From an uncultured Weeksellaceae bacterium (GTDB lineage: Bacteria > Bacteroidota > Bacteroidia > Flavobacteriales_D > CAZDUI01): DNA of 64,000 bases. The position numbers and the translations under genes were made by a program. A model generated the notes under the pieces. That model searched no databases and was not told where the DNA came from. It saw nothing but the letters and a program-made list of their open reading frames with translations. Below, piece by piece: positions 8,905 through 17,531 of the stretch. Location: NCBI GenBank assembly GCA_964508605.1, contig CAZDUI010000005.1, forward strand, positions 49,254 through 113,253, written 5' to 3'. Each line of letters begins with the position of its first letter. Within the stretch, counting starts at the first letter, position 1.

Positions 8905-11004
8905 ATGAGAATTGCAAAAGCGATATTCCAGTTTTTCATTATGCTTACCGCATCCTATTCTGCTTTTTCTCAGGCAGACAGTACCATTCAGCAATTAATA
9001 ACCCAATGGCGTCATTTGGTATCACAGGTACCCACCAGTCCCGTTGTTGTAGACTCTAACGAATTGAATACACTTTTGAGATATGTTCCCGGACAATTTA
9101 CCCATGCAGGCAAATACGAACGATACTACAACACTGCACAAATGGAGTATTTAAAAAGGGATATTGGTTTAAATATACAGGCTGGTTATCTTGAAAATTT
9201 CTCGCCTGCTTTGGAAGATGTTGACGACAACGTTGTATACTACCGTCGTGCTCAGGCCGGTGTGCAGTGGAATATTCTAAACAACGGATTTGTTGAATCG
9301 CGTTCCAGAATTCGCGAACTGGAATATGAAAACCAACTTTTACACTTAAAAGAAAAAACTGAAAATTCCAAGCATCAGTATTTTGTTAAATGGGAAGGAA
9401 CTATGGCCGCTTTCAACCATAGCAAACTGGCATTGCTGGACCGAAGAAAAAAAATTCTGGACGCACTTTCTTCTTCGGGAATGCAATTACACCATTTAAA
9501 TTTACTGAGCAGGGAAGATTATTTAAAGACCGAAGCAAGGGTAGCCGAACTGCAGGCACTCTATACCGTTTACGGGGGCTTTGACAAGTATACCCTTTCT
9601 GACGGTTTTCTTGCAACAATAGATGCCGGAAAAATAGTACCAAAAGCTATTGATTACGCTGCACTGTTAGCCAATATCCATGCTTCAGCAGACAGCACAG
9701 CACATTACATCGCACTTATTTTTGATGAGAAGAACCATTGGACCCGAACTGTGAGTGCGTCGGTATTTACCCGCTATAACCTGTACGACCTTACCGGTGC
9801 TCCTCCCTCCATGAGAAGTTTCGGTTCGGCAGGTGTTAACATCTCGGTTCCCATTCGGTTTCGTTCTAAACAACAAAAAATATTAAAAAATGCATGGCTG
9901 GAAATGGAGCAGCAAAAGAACAACGAAATGCAAAAAGGGCTACACAAACAACTGGCAACCGAGCTTTATGAATACGATTACAGGTTACGACAATATGTAG
10001 ATTTAATTAGTAAAAGGAAAGTTTTTATTGAACTTTTAAGAAAGGATATAGCCCGTGCTTCTGTTCCCGGTTTCAACTTTAACCCATATTCTGCACTGCT
10101 TTTACTTGACGACATAACGCGTATAGATATTGAAATGCTTGACATTACTCAAAACATTACGCTCCGGCTTATTAGAATTAATGAGTATTACAAAGGAAAT
10201 TCGCCGTCCGATTATCTGGTAGACATTCCGGAACAACCTGAAAATTCTGCTACGTCTCCAATAAATGCAGTTTATATCTGGAGTAAAACTCTGGAAAAAT
10301 ATGGTGCCGATTATGTGGTGCAATACCTTACGTTTACCCGTTTTAACACCATCGTGCTAGCTGCCTATCAAAATGACCCACAGGCAGAAATCAAGAAAAA
10401 ATTATTAGCCCTAACCGATTCACTATCAATTGACGGACATTTAATGCTGGGCGACAATAAATTAATAAATCTTTCAAATAGCGACTTTGAAAAAATACTT
10501 ACGGCAATTCACAACGATTATAAAAGTGTTAATATAAAAGGGATACATCTTGACATTGAACCTCAAACACTTCCTGATTATGAAACACGCAAAACTGAAT
10601 TACTGGGTAAGCTGGTAACGTTAATACAAACAGCGAACAACTACTGTTCTCAACAAAATTTAAGTTTAACGGTTTCCATACCGCTGCATTACCCGCAGGA
10701 TATAATTTCAGCAATAATGAAAGACTGTCATCAGGTGTATTTTATGGCCTACGAAAATGTAAAACAAGAATACATTCTCCGTAAAATTCAACCCTGGATG
10801 AATGATCCCGTCACGGCAAATAAAATTGTGATCGCATCGCGAACCGATGACTTTTTAAATCCTGCTACACTTTACGAACATCAGAATAAAATACTAAATT
10901 CAGCACCGGGAATCGCCGGTGCAGCTCTGCATGATTTGGGCAGATTAATAATGATGGAGGAGAATCTGATTCGGGTACTTCCCGAAAAGGGAGGTAATCC
11001 TTGA
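8905..11004 (+). CDS. TolC/OEP-like outer-membrane protein fused to a C-terminal GH18-like TIM-barrel domain
   Basis: Signal peptide (…ASYSAFSQ). Two OEP-like beta-hairpin plus coiled-coil repeats (GLNIQAGY…AQAGVQWNIL…LLSREDYLKTEARV; SASVFTRY…GVNISVPI). From about 10261: AVYIWS…GIHLDIEP…VYFMAYE. Start moved from TTG 8893 to ATG 8905. Confidence 0.7.
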   Translation: MRIAKAIFQFFIMLTASYSAFSQADSTIQQLITQWRHLVSQVPTSPVVVDSNELNTLLRYVPGQFTHAGKYERYYNTAQMEYLKRDIGLNIQAGYLENFSPALEDVDDNVVYYRRAQAGVQWNILNNGFVESRSRIRELEYENQLLHLKEKTENSKHQYFVKWEGTMAAFNHSKLALLDRRKKILDALSSSGMQLHHLNLLSREDYLKTEARVAELQALYTVYGGFDKYTLSDGFLATIDAGKIVPKAIDYAALLANIHASADSTAHYIALIFDEKNHWTRTVSASVFTRYNLYDLTGAPPSMRSFGSAGVNISVPIRFRSKQQKILKNAWLEMEQQKNNEMQKGLHKQLATELYEYDYRLRQYVDLISKRKVFIELLRKDIARASVPGFNFNPYSALLLLDDITRIDIEMLDITQNITLRLIRINEYYKGNSPSDYLVDIPEQPENSATSPINAVYIWSKTLEKYGADYVVQYLTFTRFNTIVLAAYQNDPQAEIKKKLLALTDSLSIDGHLMLGDNKLINLSNSDFEKILTAIHNDYKSVNIKGIHLDIEPQTLPDYETRKTELLGKLVTLIQTANNYCSQQNLSLTVSIPLHYPQDIISAIMKDCHQVYFMAYENVKQEYILRKIQPWMNDPVTANKIVIASRTDDFLNPATLYEHQNKILNSAPGIAGAALHDLGRLIMMEENLIRVLPEKGGNP

Positions 11005-12095
11005 AGAGTGTAAATTTCAAAAGAAAACCTTCTGTATTAAGATACAGTGAGGAAGCGAAAAAAAATGCACGCAAACCCATCAACTGGGATAGGATTATCT
11101 ATTTCATCTTTTTTGGTGCAGGCTTTCTATTTTTAGTAAACTACCTGTGGAATTACTCTGTATATATTACTGCATACGGTGAAGTATTATTTGACAAGTT
11201 GGATATCAGGTACGAGAACGACTGCACCCTTGAAAATATTTATGTAAGTGAAGGCGATTCCATTGAAATTGGAGATACCTTATTTAGTTTTCACGACAGA
11301 GGCGACCGCATTGACCTGAACGGCAACGAAACCTCTGTAAGTATTACACAGTCTTCAGGAAAAACACCCGAATGGCTGGAGCGTGAAATACTGATTACTG
11401 AAAAAAACATTCGCCTTGCGCAGATACAGGCTGCATCGGCCCGCAACCGCGCTGCCTTGCTGGAACGCGAATTTCAAAATCAGTTAAACCAGGTAGTGTT
11501 AGAAGTATCAACCCGGGGAAGATTAAATCAGATTGAAGAAAGTATTGCCCTGGAGCAGGCCGATGCCATGAAATACGATAGCGAAGCTGGCTATTATGCT
11601 GCATATCTGGCAAAACTAAAAAACATGATGGCTACAAACAATAACACTTCTACACAAATTGCCAATCCTGTAGACGCGCCAAATGGAGGTGATGCCAGTT
11701 ACGAGCCGGATATCAGATATTTTATATCTCCGGTAAAGGGCACCATTACCAATATTGAAAAAAGACCTTACGAAGTGGCATTGCGCACAGAAATTATTCT
11801 CTCGGTTCATGAACCAGAAAATATTTATATTAAAGGTTATTTTGATCAGGATGATTTATCTGAGCTCACCATAGGAGACGAAGTGGATGTATTATTTCCG
11901 GATGGTACTTCAAGTACCGGTGTTATTAAACAATTCTACTTTGCAACCTTCAGGTTGCCCGACGAATTTCAAAAGAAATACGAACCCACCACCCGAACCT
12001 TAAGTGCAGATATTTATCCGGTAGATGAAACAGAACTTAAAAAATGGCGGGCATTTTATAAAATGGGCGTAGAAATCAGAAAATCGAAATACTGA
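11001..12095 (+). CDS. HlyD-family periplasmic adaptor (membrane fusion protein)
   Basis: N-terminal TM, lipoyl half-motif (ENIYVSEGDSIEIGDTLF), coiled-coil hairpin, second half-motif ISPVKGTITNI and a beta-barrel (DLSELTIGDEVDV). Confidence 0.85.
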   Translation: MKSVNFKRKPSVLRYSEEAKKNARKPINWDRIIYFIFFGAGFLFLVNYLWNYSVYITAYGEVLFDKLDIRYENDCTLENIYVSEGDSIEIGDTLFSFHDRGDRIDLNGNETSVSITQSSGKTPEWLEREILITEKNIRLAQIQAASARNRAALLEREFQNQLNQVVLEVSTRGRLNQIEESIALEQADAMKYDSEAGYYAAYLAKLKNMMATNNNTSTQIANPVDAPNGGDASYEPDIRYFISPVKGTITNIEKRPYEVALRTEIILSVHEPENIYIKGYFDQDDLSELTIGDEVDVLFPDGTSSTGVIKQFYFATFRLPDEFQKKYEPTTRTLSADIYPVDETELKKWRAFYKMGVEIRKSKY

Positions 12096-13525
12096 TGCAA
12101 ACACTGGAACTTGAAGACGAAGGATTGGTAGTTCGGTATGGAGACCTCAGATTCCGAATTATAAACGAAACAATGGGTTTCAATGGCGACCATCTGGCCG
12201 TTTATGACGCTCTTTTAATTGAATCTTCAGACACCTACTTTGTTGGCAGCATCATTACCATGTTGCGCAGCAGCATGAATACCCAGATATATTTAAAACC
12301 TGTGTTTCTTTTGAAAGGGACTGCCAATCGGGATCCGTTTATTAATGCCCTGGTAGACGGGATGCTTTTTGCAGCCGAACAGGTAAAAATTATCGCTCCA
12401 CAGGTACAACGCATTATTTCCCGCATTAACGACCTGAATTTTAGCACAGCTATAAGCTATGAAGCACAGGTAATTAGCAAGGTTGCTCACTATATGTATA
12501 CCCGTGAACTGACCCGCATAGACCCTATACCCTACAATTATTCGGGCATTGGCTATACTTTTCCTCCCATATCGGTAAATTATAAATTTCGTGAAGAAGC
12601 TCAGGTTTTAAATGTAATTGCCGTTGCTGAAGAAGAGGGCATTTTTAACACTACATTTCACGATCGCATATATCTGTGCACCAATTGTCATACCGGCTTC
12701 ATGAGTTTCAGGGAAGTATGTCCTAAATGTGCTTCCTCTAACAGCGAAAGTCAGGACATTATACATCATTTTAGGTGTGGTTATGTTGCGCCTCTATCAG
12801 ATTACAGCAATGCAATTGACGATCAGTTGAACTGTCCCAAATGCAATAAACAATTAAGGCATATTGGAGTTGATTACGACAAACCATCGGTTTTACACTC
12901 TTGCCGAAATTGTGGCCATAAATATCAGGATTTCGTGGTAAAGGCTAAGTGCGTTACTTGCTCTTTTGACAACGAAGTAGATCAGCTTGTGTATCATGAG
13001 GTAAAATCACTTGAAATTACGAAAAAGGGCGAGTTGGTTGCTACCCATGGGTACGTTAGTACAAGTAAAGACCTTGAAGAAATTATAGGCACCGTAAAGA
13101 TGGACGTTTTCCGGACGATGCTGCGTTATGAAATTGAAAGGCTTAAACAAACTGAAGGTCATAGTAATATAGCAGGTGTATTCATAAGTAATGCCGGTGA
13201 ATTTTACAGTAAAATAGGAAGCAGTATGGAACAGGCTTTACTTAAAGACCTGGTTGAAGTGGTTAGGGGAAACATCAGAACTTCAGACATGATTACTTTT
13301 AAGGACTCTTCTACTCTACTGCTAAGTATGAACGATATCCCTCAAAAGGTTGGTGAAAACATAATGGAAGAAATTGTACAGTTAATATTAAAACTATTAA
13401 ATACCAATTTCCCAAACCTGAATATTCAAATAAAATACGCAGTAAAACAGGTGCATGCTAAATTAAATCACGAATTACAGATTCAGCAATTACTGCAACA
13501 GGTATATACCGATGTTCAGTCTTGA
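12095..13525 (+). CDS. REC-like / multi-Zn-ribbon (TackOD1-like) / degenerate GGDEF-like protein
   Basis: YDALLIE…MLRS…LKPVFLL resembles a REC fragment. CTNC, CPKC, HFRC, CPKC, CRNC and CVTC motifs at 12677-12961. C-terminal MLRYEIER…NIRTSDMIT resembles a GGDEF fold with RxxD retained and GGDEF lost. Confidence 0.65.
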   Translation: MQTLELEDEGLVVRYGDLRFRIINETMGFNGDHLAVYDALLIESSDTYFVGSIITMLRSSMNTQIYLKPVFLLKGTANRDPFINALVDGMLFAAEQVKIIAPQVQRIISRINDLNFSTAISYEAQVISKVAHYMYTRELTRIDPIPYNYSGIGYTFPPISVNYKFREEAQVLNVIAVAEEEGIFNTTFHDRIYLCTNCHTGFMSFREVCPKCASSNSESQDIIHHFRCGYVAPLSDYSNAIDDQLNCPKCNKQLRHIGVDYDKPSVLHSCRNCGHKYQDFVVKAKCVTCSFDNEVDQLVYHEVKSLEITKKGELVATHGYVSTSKDLEEIIGTVKMDVFRTMLRYEIERLKQTEGHSNIAGVFISNAGEFYSKIGSSMEQALLKDLVEVVRGNIRTSDMITFKDSSTLLLSMNDIPQKVGENIMEEIVQLILKLLNTNFPNLNIQIKYAVKQVHAKLNHELQIQQLLQQVYTDVQS

Positions 13526-14819
13526 AGATTTTTTAAATTACGTTCAAACTGTTGGAGGTGATAAACTTCTAAGAATATTCTGGTTTTTTGTGATCTTTGA
13601 ATTCTTCAGGTATGTATTTATTGAATTTATTACCCTTTGCTGGTGGCAATTCAAACAATGGACAGGAAAGGACAAAGTGCAAAAAGCCCGGGATGAATTA
13701 ATGTTTGAATACCCGCTGGTTTCCATTATTATTCCTGGAAAAAATGAAGGTAAACACCTTTTTAAATTAGTTCAGTCACTGGAAGAACAAACGTACAGAA
13801 ATTATGAAATTATTGTAATTGATGACGGATCAGACGATGACACCCCAACTATAGGTAGAACGCTGGAAAAAAAGGGAATTATTACCCGCTTCCTTCGCAA
13901 CGAAATTCGCGGGGGTAAGGCATCTGCAGCCAATTTGGGCTTGCGCTTTGCAAAAGGCAAATTTGTTGTTCACCTGGATGCCGACTGCTCATACGACCGG
14001 GATGCTATTGAAAAAATACTGATACCCTTCTACTTAGACGACCAGGTGGGAGCTGTGGGTGGAAACGTGATGGTAAGAAATTATCGGGACAGCCTGGCTA
14101 CTGCACTGCAGGCCATAGAGTATACCGATACAATTTCCACAGGCCGCATCGTATCCAGCCAACTTGGCATATATCGTATTATTTCAGGTGCCTTTGGGGC
14201 TTTTAGAATGGACGTTTTACAAAAAATAAAAGGGTGGGACATTGGTCCCGGCCTGGATGGTGATATTACCGTAAAGGTGCGCAAACTGGGTTATAAAATA
14301 AAATTTGCCGACCAGGCCGTTTGTTTAACAAGTGTCCCTGACACTTTTAAAAAACTTTCTAAACAACGCCTAAGATGGGATAAAAGTATTGTAAGATTCA
14401 GGTTGCGCAAGCACCGCGACGTATTTATGCCGAATCATTCTTTCCGACTGGTAAACTTTATTGGATTTGTTGAAAACGTAACCTACAACATTTTACTGAA
14501 CATAAAATGGTATGTGTACATTATTGATATGATTGTGAATTTCTTCAGCCTTCTTCAGTTCATTGTTCTTGCCAATTTCTTTCTTTACACGGTAAACAAC
14601 TATGTAAAACTGATGGTATTCTCATTATTCAGAAAACGTCAGCACATTCCAATTTGGTACATGCTGTTGTACATTCCCCTGATGGTCTTTTACTTCGGTT
14701 TGTTCCTGCGTATTATCAGAACAAAAGCCTACTTACAGGAATTCTTATTCAAGGCTTCTTATAAGGATCCATGGAATCCGGCAAAAACTTCAAGGCAGGC
14801 AAAAGAAATTGGTATCTGA
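13512..14819 (+). CDS. Processive GT2 polysaccharide synthase (PgaC/IcaA/cellulose-synthase-like)
   Basis: VSIIIPGKNE, IDDGSDD, GGKASAAN, LDADC (DxD), SGAFGAFR and QRLRW (QxxRW). One N-terminal and several C-terminal TM helices. Confidence 0.9.
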   Translation: MFSLEDFLNYVQTVGGDKLLRIFWFFVIFEFFRYVFIEFITLCWWQFKQWTGKDKVQKARDELMFEYPLVSIIIPGKNEGKHLFKLVQSLEEQTYRNYEIIVIDDGSDDDTPTIGRTLEKKGIITRFLRNEIRGGKASAANLGLRFAKGKFVVHLDADCSYDRDAIEKILIPFYLDDQVGAVGGNVMVRNYRDSLATALQAIEYTDTISTGRIVSSQLGIYRIISGAFGAFRMDVLQKIKGWDIGPGLDGDITVKVRKLGYKIKFADQAVCLTSVPDTFKKLSKQRLRWDKSIVRFRLRKHRDVFMPNHSFRLVNFIGFVENVTYNILLNIKWYVYIIDMIVNFFSLLQFIVLANFFLYTVNNYVKLMVFSLFRKRQHIPIWYMLLYIPLMVFYFGLFLRIIRTKAYLQEFLFKASYKDPWNPAKTSRQAKEIGI

Positions 14820-14941
14820 ATAGCAGAGATTAAGATCTTCTCTTGTTAATATCTTTTACGCACGTACAAAAGTATGATGCATACCCTGTATGTTTTACTA
14901 AAGGGGTCTCGAAAAACAGTTCATCATAGAATTGTGTTCAC

Positions 14942-14949
14942 TACATTTG
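14942..14949 (+). promoter_or_regulatory. -7 promoter element (TACATTTG)
   Basis: Exact TAnnTTTG match 13 nt upstream of the ATG at 14963. Confidence 0.6.
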
Positions 14950-14962
14950 CGCAAAATATTAA

Positions 14963-15493
14963 ATGACAACCAAGGCTAAATTAAATCAGTTACACAGCAT
15001 GCTGCTTAGTGGTAAAGAAGCCGACATGTTGGAAGCATTAAAGGGATTGCGCAACGAAGGCACAGCAGACACCCTATTAATCATGGCAGCCATCCTTAAA
15101 ACAGGGTGTACGACTTCTGTGGCCGAATCCATTGAAAAAATGTTGATGGAACTGAAAATTAAAGAAGCTGTTCCCACTTTAATAAATTTGCTTGAGAATA
15201 AAGACTATAAAGAGCAGCACGAGTTATTTGCACGTGCCCTGTGGAGCAGCGGGCTGCCGGTTGGAGAATACCTGCCCCGACTGGCCGAAGTGATGATTCA
15301 CGCCGATTATCTGGCAGCATTTGAATGTTTGACTGTTTTAGAAAATTTAATAGAAATTCCTGAGGAGGAATTTCTTAATGAAGCTCAACTCGTATTTGGC
15401 ACCTATCTTCAATCAAAGGAAGTAGTACAGGAGACAAAACATATAATAACATTGGGATTACAATGCGTAACCGATATGGTGAGAAATTCTTAA
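14963..15493 (+). CDS. HEAT-repeat-like hypothetical protein
   Basis: All-helical pattern (EALKGLRNEG…AVPTLINLL…ARALWSSG…FECLTVLENL). Confidence 0.65.
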   Translation: MTTKAKLNQLHSMLLSGKEADMLEALKGLRNEGTADTLLIMAAILKTGCTTSVAESIEKMLMELKIKEAVPTLINLLENKDYKEQHELFARALWSSGLPVGEYLPRLAEVMIHADYLAAFECLTVLENLIEIPEEEFLNEAQLVFGTYLQSKEVVQETKHIITLGLQCVTDMVRNS

Positions 15494-15557
15494 ACTTAGT
15501 TTCAAATCTCCCCTTATAGAAACTGAACCCGGACAATGCCTCTTGTCCCTTCAATAA

Positions 15558-16490
15558 TTACATCATTTTTAATGCACTGCAAATAACACCTTCAAGGTCT
15601 TCTACCGGAGACTTCACAAATTTTTCACCGGTAAGCCGTTCGTATAATTCAATATATCTATCGGTAATCTCGTTAACAAAAGTTTCGGGCATGTCCGGCA
15701 TTTTTTCTCCATCCTTACCCTGGAACCCATTGTTAATAAGCCACTGGCGCACGAACTCCTTGCTCAATTGCTTTTGTTGTTCGCCCTTTTGCTGCCGTTC
15801 CTGATACCCTTCTGCATAGAAATATCTTGAGGAGTCAGGTGTATGTATTTCGTCCATCAGCACTACTTCGCCGTTTCTGTAACCGAACTCATATTTGGTA
15901 TCAACCAAGATTAACCCGTTCTGCCTTGCAATTTCACTACCGGCTTTAAATAATGTGCGGGTATACTGCTCAAGCTGATTCAACACCTTTTCTGTAACAA
16001 TACCTCTTTCTAAAATCTCATTCCTGCTAATATCTTCATCATGCCCTTCGTCTGCTTTGGTCGCCGGTGTAATAATAGATTCCGGAAATGGGTCGCTCTC
16101 GCGCATACCTTCCGGCAAGGTAACACCGCACAGTACCCTCTGCCCGCTTTGATAAGTTCTCCAGGCATGTCCGCTAAGGTATCCTCTGATAACCATTTCC
16201 AGGCGGATGGGCTCGCAGCGATGTCCGATGGTAACATTGGGATGCGGGGAATGCATTTTCCAGTTTGGAACCAAATGAGCAGTGGCATCCAGCATTTTTA
16301 ATGCGATCAAATTAAGAACCTGCCCCTTATAAGGAATGGGTTTGGGCAGGATGTGGTCAAATGCTGAAATGCGATCGGTTGCTACCATTACCAGCAAATC
16401 GTTACCTATACTGTAAACGTCGCGCACTTTTCCGTTATAAACACCTGTTTGCCCGGGCAATTGGAACTGTGTACCCCGAATTGTATTCAT
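15558..16490 (-). CDS. purC: Phosphoribosylaminoimidazole-succinocarboxamide (SAICAR) synthase
   Basis: [38 protein letters not shown] and [10 protein letters not shown] motifs. Start placed at MNTIRG (16490) to avoid overlap with phoH. Confidence 0.95.
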   Translation of the reverse strand: MNTIRGTQFQLPGQTGVYNGKVRDVYSIGNDLLVMVATDRISAFDHILPKPIPYKGQVLNLIALKMLDATAHLVPNWKMHSPHPNVTIGHRCEPIRLEMVIRGYLSGHAWRTYQSGQRVLCGVTLPEGMRESDPFPESIITPATKADEGHDEDISRNEILERGIVTEKVLNQLEQYTRTLFKAGSEIARQNGLILVDTKYEFGYRNGEVVLMDEIHTPDSSRYFYAEGYQERQQKGEQQKQLSKEFVRQWLINNGFQGKDGEKMPDMPETFVNEITDRYIELYERLTGEKFVKSPVEDLEGVICSALKMM

Positions 16491-16503
16491 TTTATGATAT
16501 TCT

Positions 16504-17457
16504 TTATTCATGATCTTTAGTGGCCTTGTCAAAGGCTTCAATTATTTGTCGAACCAGCTTATGCCTTATTACATCCGATTCGTTCAAACGAATGATTGTA
16601 ATTCCGTCAACCTCCTTTAAAAGGGTCAATGCCTCTTTCAAACCTGATGGTTGTTTCAGGGGTAAATCTACCTGAGATGGGTCGCCGGTAATAATAAACC
16701 GCGCCGATTGTCCCATACGTGTAAGAAACATTTTGATTTGAGCACGGGTTGCATTCTGCGCTTCATCCAGAATTACAAATGCATTATCAAGTGTCCGGCC
16801 ACGCATAAAAGCCATGGGTGCAATCTGAATGACACCCTGTTCTATGTATTCATTCAATCGGTCGTGGGGTATCATGTCCCTGAGGGCATCGTATAATGGC
16901 TGCATATAAGGGTCCAGTTTCTCTTTGAGGTCTCCGGGAAGAAACCCAAGATTCTCTCCGGCCTCTACTGCTGGCCTGGTAAGTATAATTCTACGTACTT
17001 CCTTATTTTTTAATGCACGTACTGCTAAAGCAACGGCAGTATATGTTTTTCCGGTACCTGCCGGACCAATGGCAAACAGCATATCGCACTGCTGCATGGC
17101 TGCAACCATCCGGCGCTGATTGGCGGTACGTGCTTTTACCATTAAACCATTATTACCGTAAACCAGAATTTCGTCGGCTGAAGCCGGGTGAATTACTTCT
17201 GCTCCGGGACCCGCCAACTGAACTATATCGGTATCCGTTAACACATTATATCTTTCATAATGTTGCAACAGCCGGTTGAAAAGAATTTCAAATTTCTCAA
17301 TCTCGGCAGGTTCACCCATAACCTTTAAAGTATTACCCCTTGGTATTAATTTGAGTTTAGGAAATGCCTCTCGTAAAGCACGCATACGGCTATCATTGGG
17401 CCCAAATAAATCCAAAGGGCTTATTCCGTTAATTGATAAATCTTTTTCCTGCTGCAA
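16504..17457 (-). CDS. phoH: PhoH-like ATPase/helicase
   Basis: GPAGTGKT Walker [23 protein letters not shown] and FLTRMG motifs. Confidence 0.95.
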   Translation of the reverse strand: MQQEKDLSINGISPLDLFGPNDSRMRALREAFPKLKLIPRGNTLKVMGEPAEIEKFEILFNRLLQHYERYNVLTDTDIVQLAGPGAEVIHPASADEILVYGNNGLMVKARTANQRRMVAAMQQCDMLFAIGPAGTGKTYTAVALAVRALKNKEVRRIILTRPAVEAGENLGFLPGDLKEKLDPYMQPLYDALRDMIPHDRLNEYIEQGVIQIAPMAFMRGRTLDNAFVILDEAQNATRAQIKMFLTRMGQSARFIITGDPSQVDLPLKQPSGLKEALTLLKEVDGITIIRLNESDVIRHKLVRQIIEAFDKATKDHE

Positions 17458-17491
17458 TTGTAAAAAATTCTTAGGTTTCGGTATTTCTGTA

Positions 17492-17509
17492 TAATTTCGG
17501 CCGAAAGTA
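17492..17509. promoter_or_regulatory. Overlapping oppositely oriented -7 element variants for phoH (-) and the DUF62 gene (+)
   Basis: TAATTTCG-GC-CGAAAGTA, which reads TAATTTCG on + and TACTTTCG on -. Confidence 0.5.
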
Positions 17510-17531
17510 CAAATTTTCGTTTGTTTCAGTC

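Noticed and set aside
12095-13525. Calling this an active diguanylate cyclase
   Set aside because: The GG(D/E)EF signature is absent; at most it is a degenerate receptor domain.
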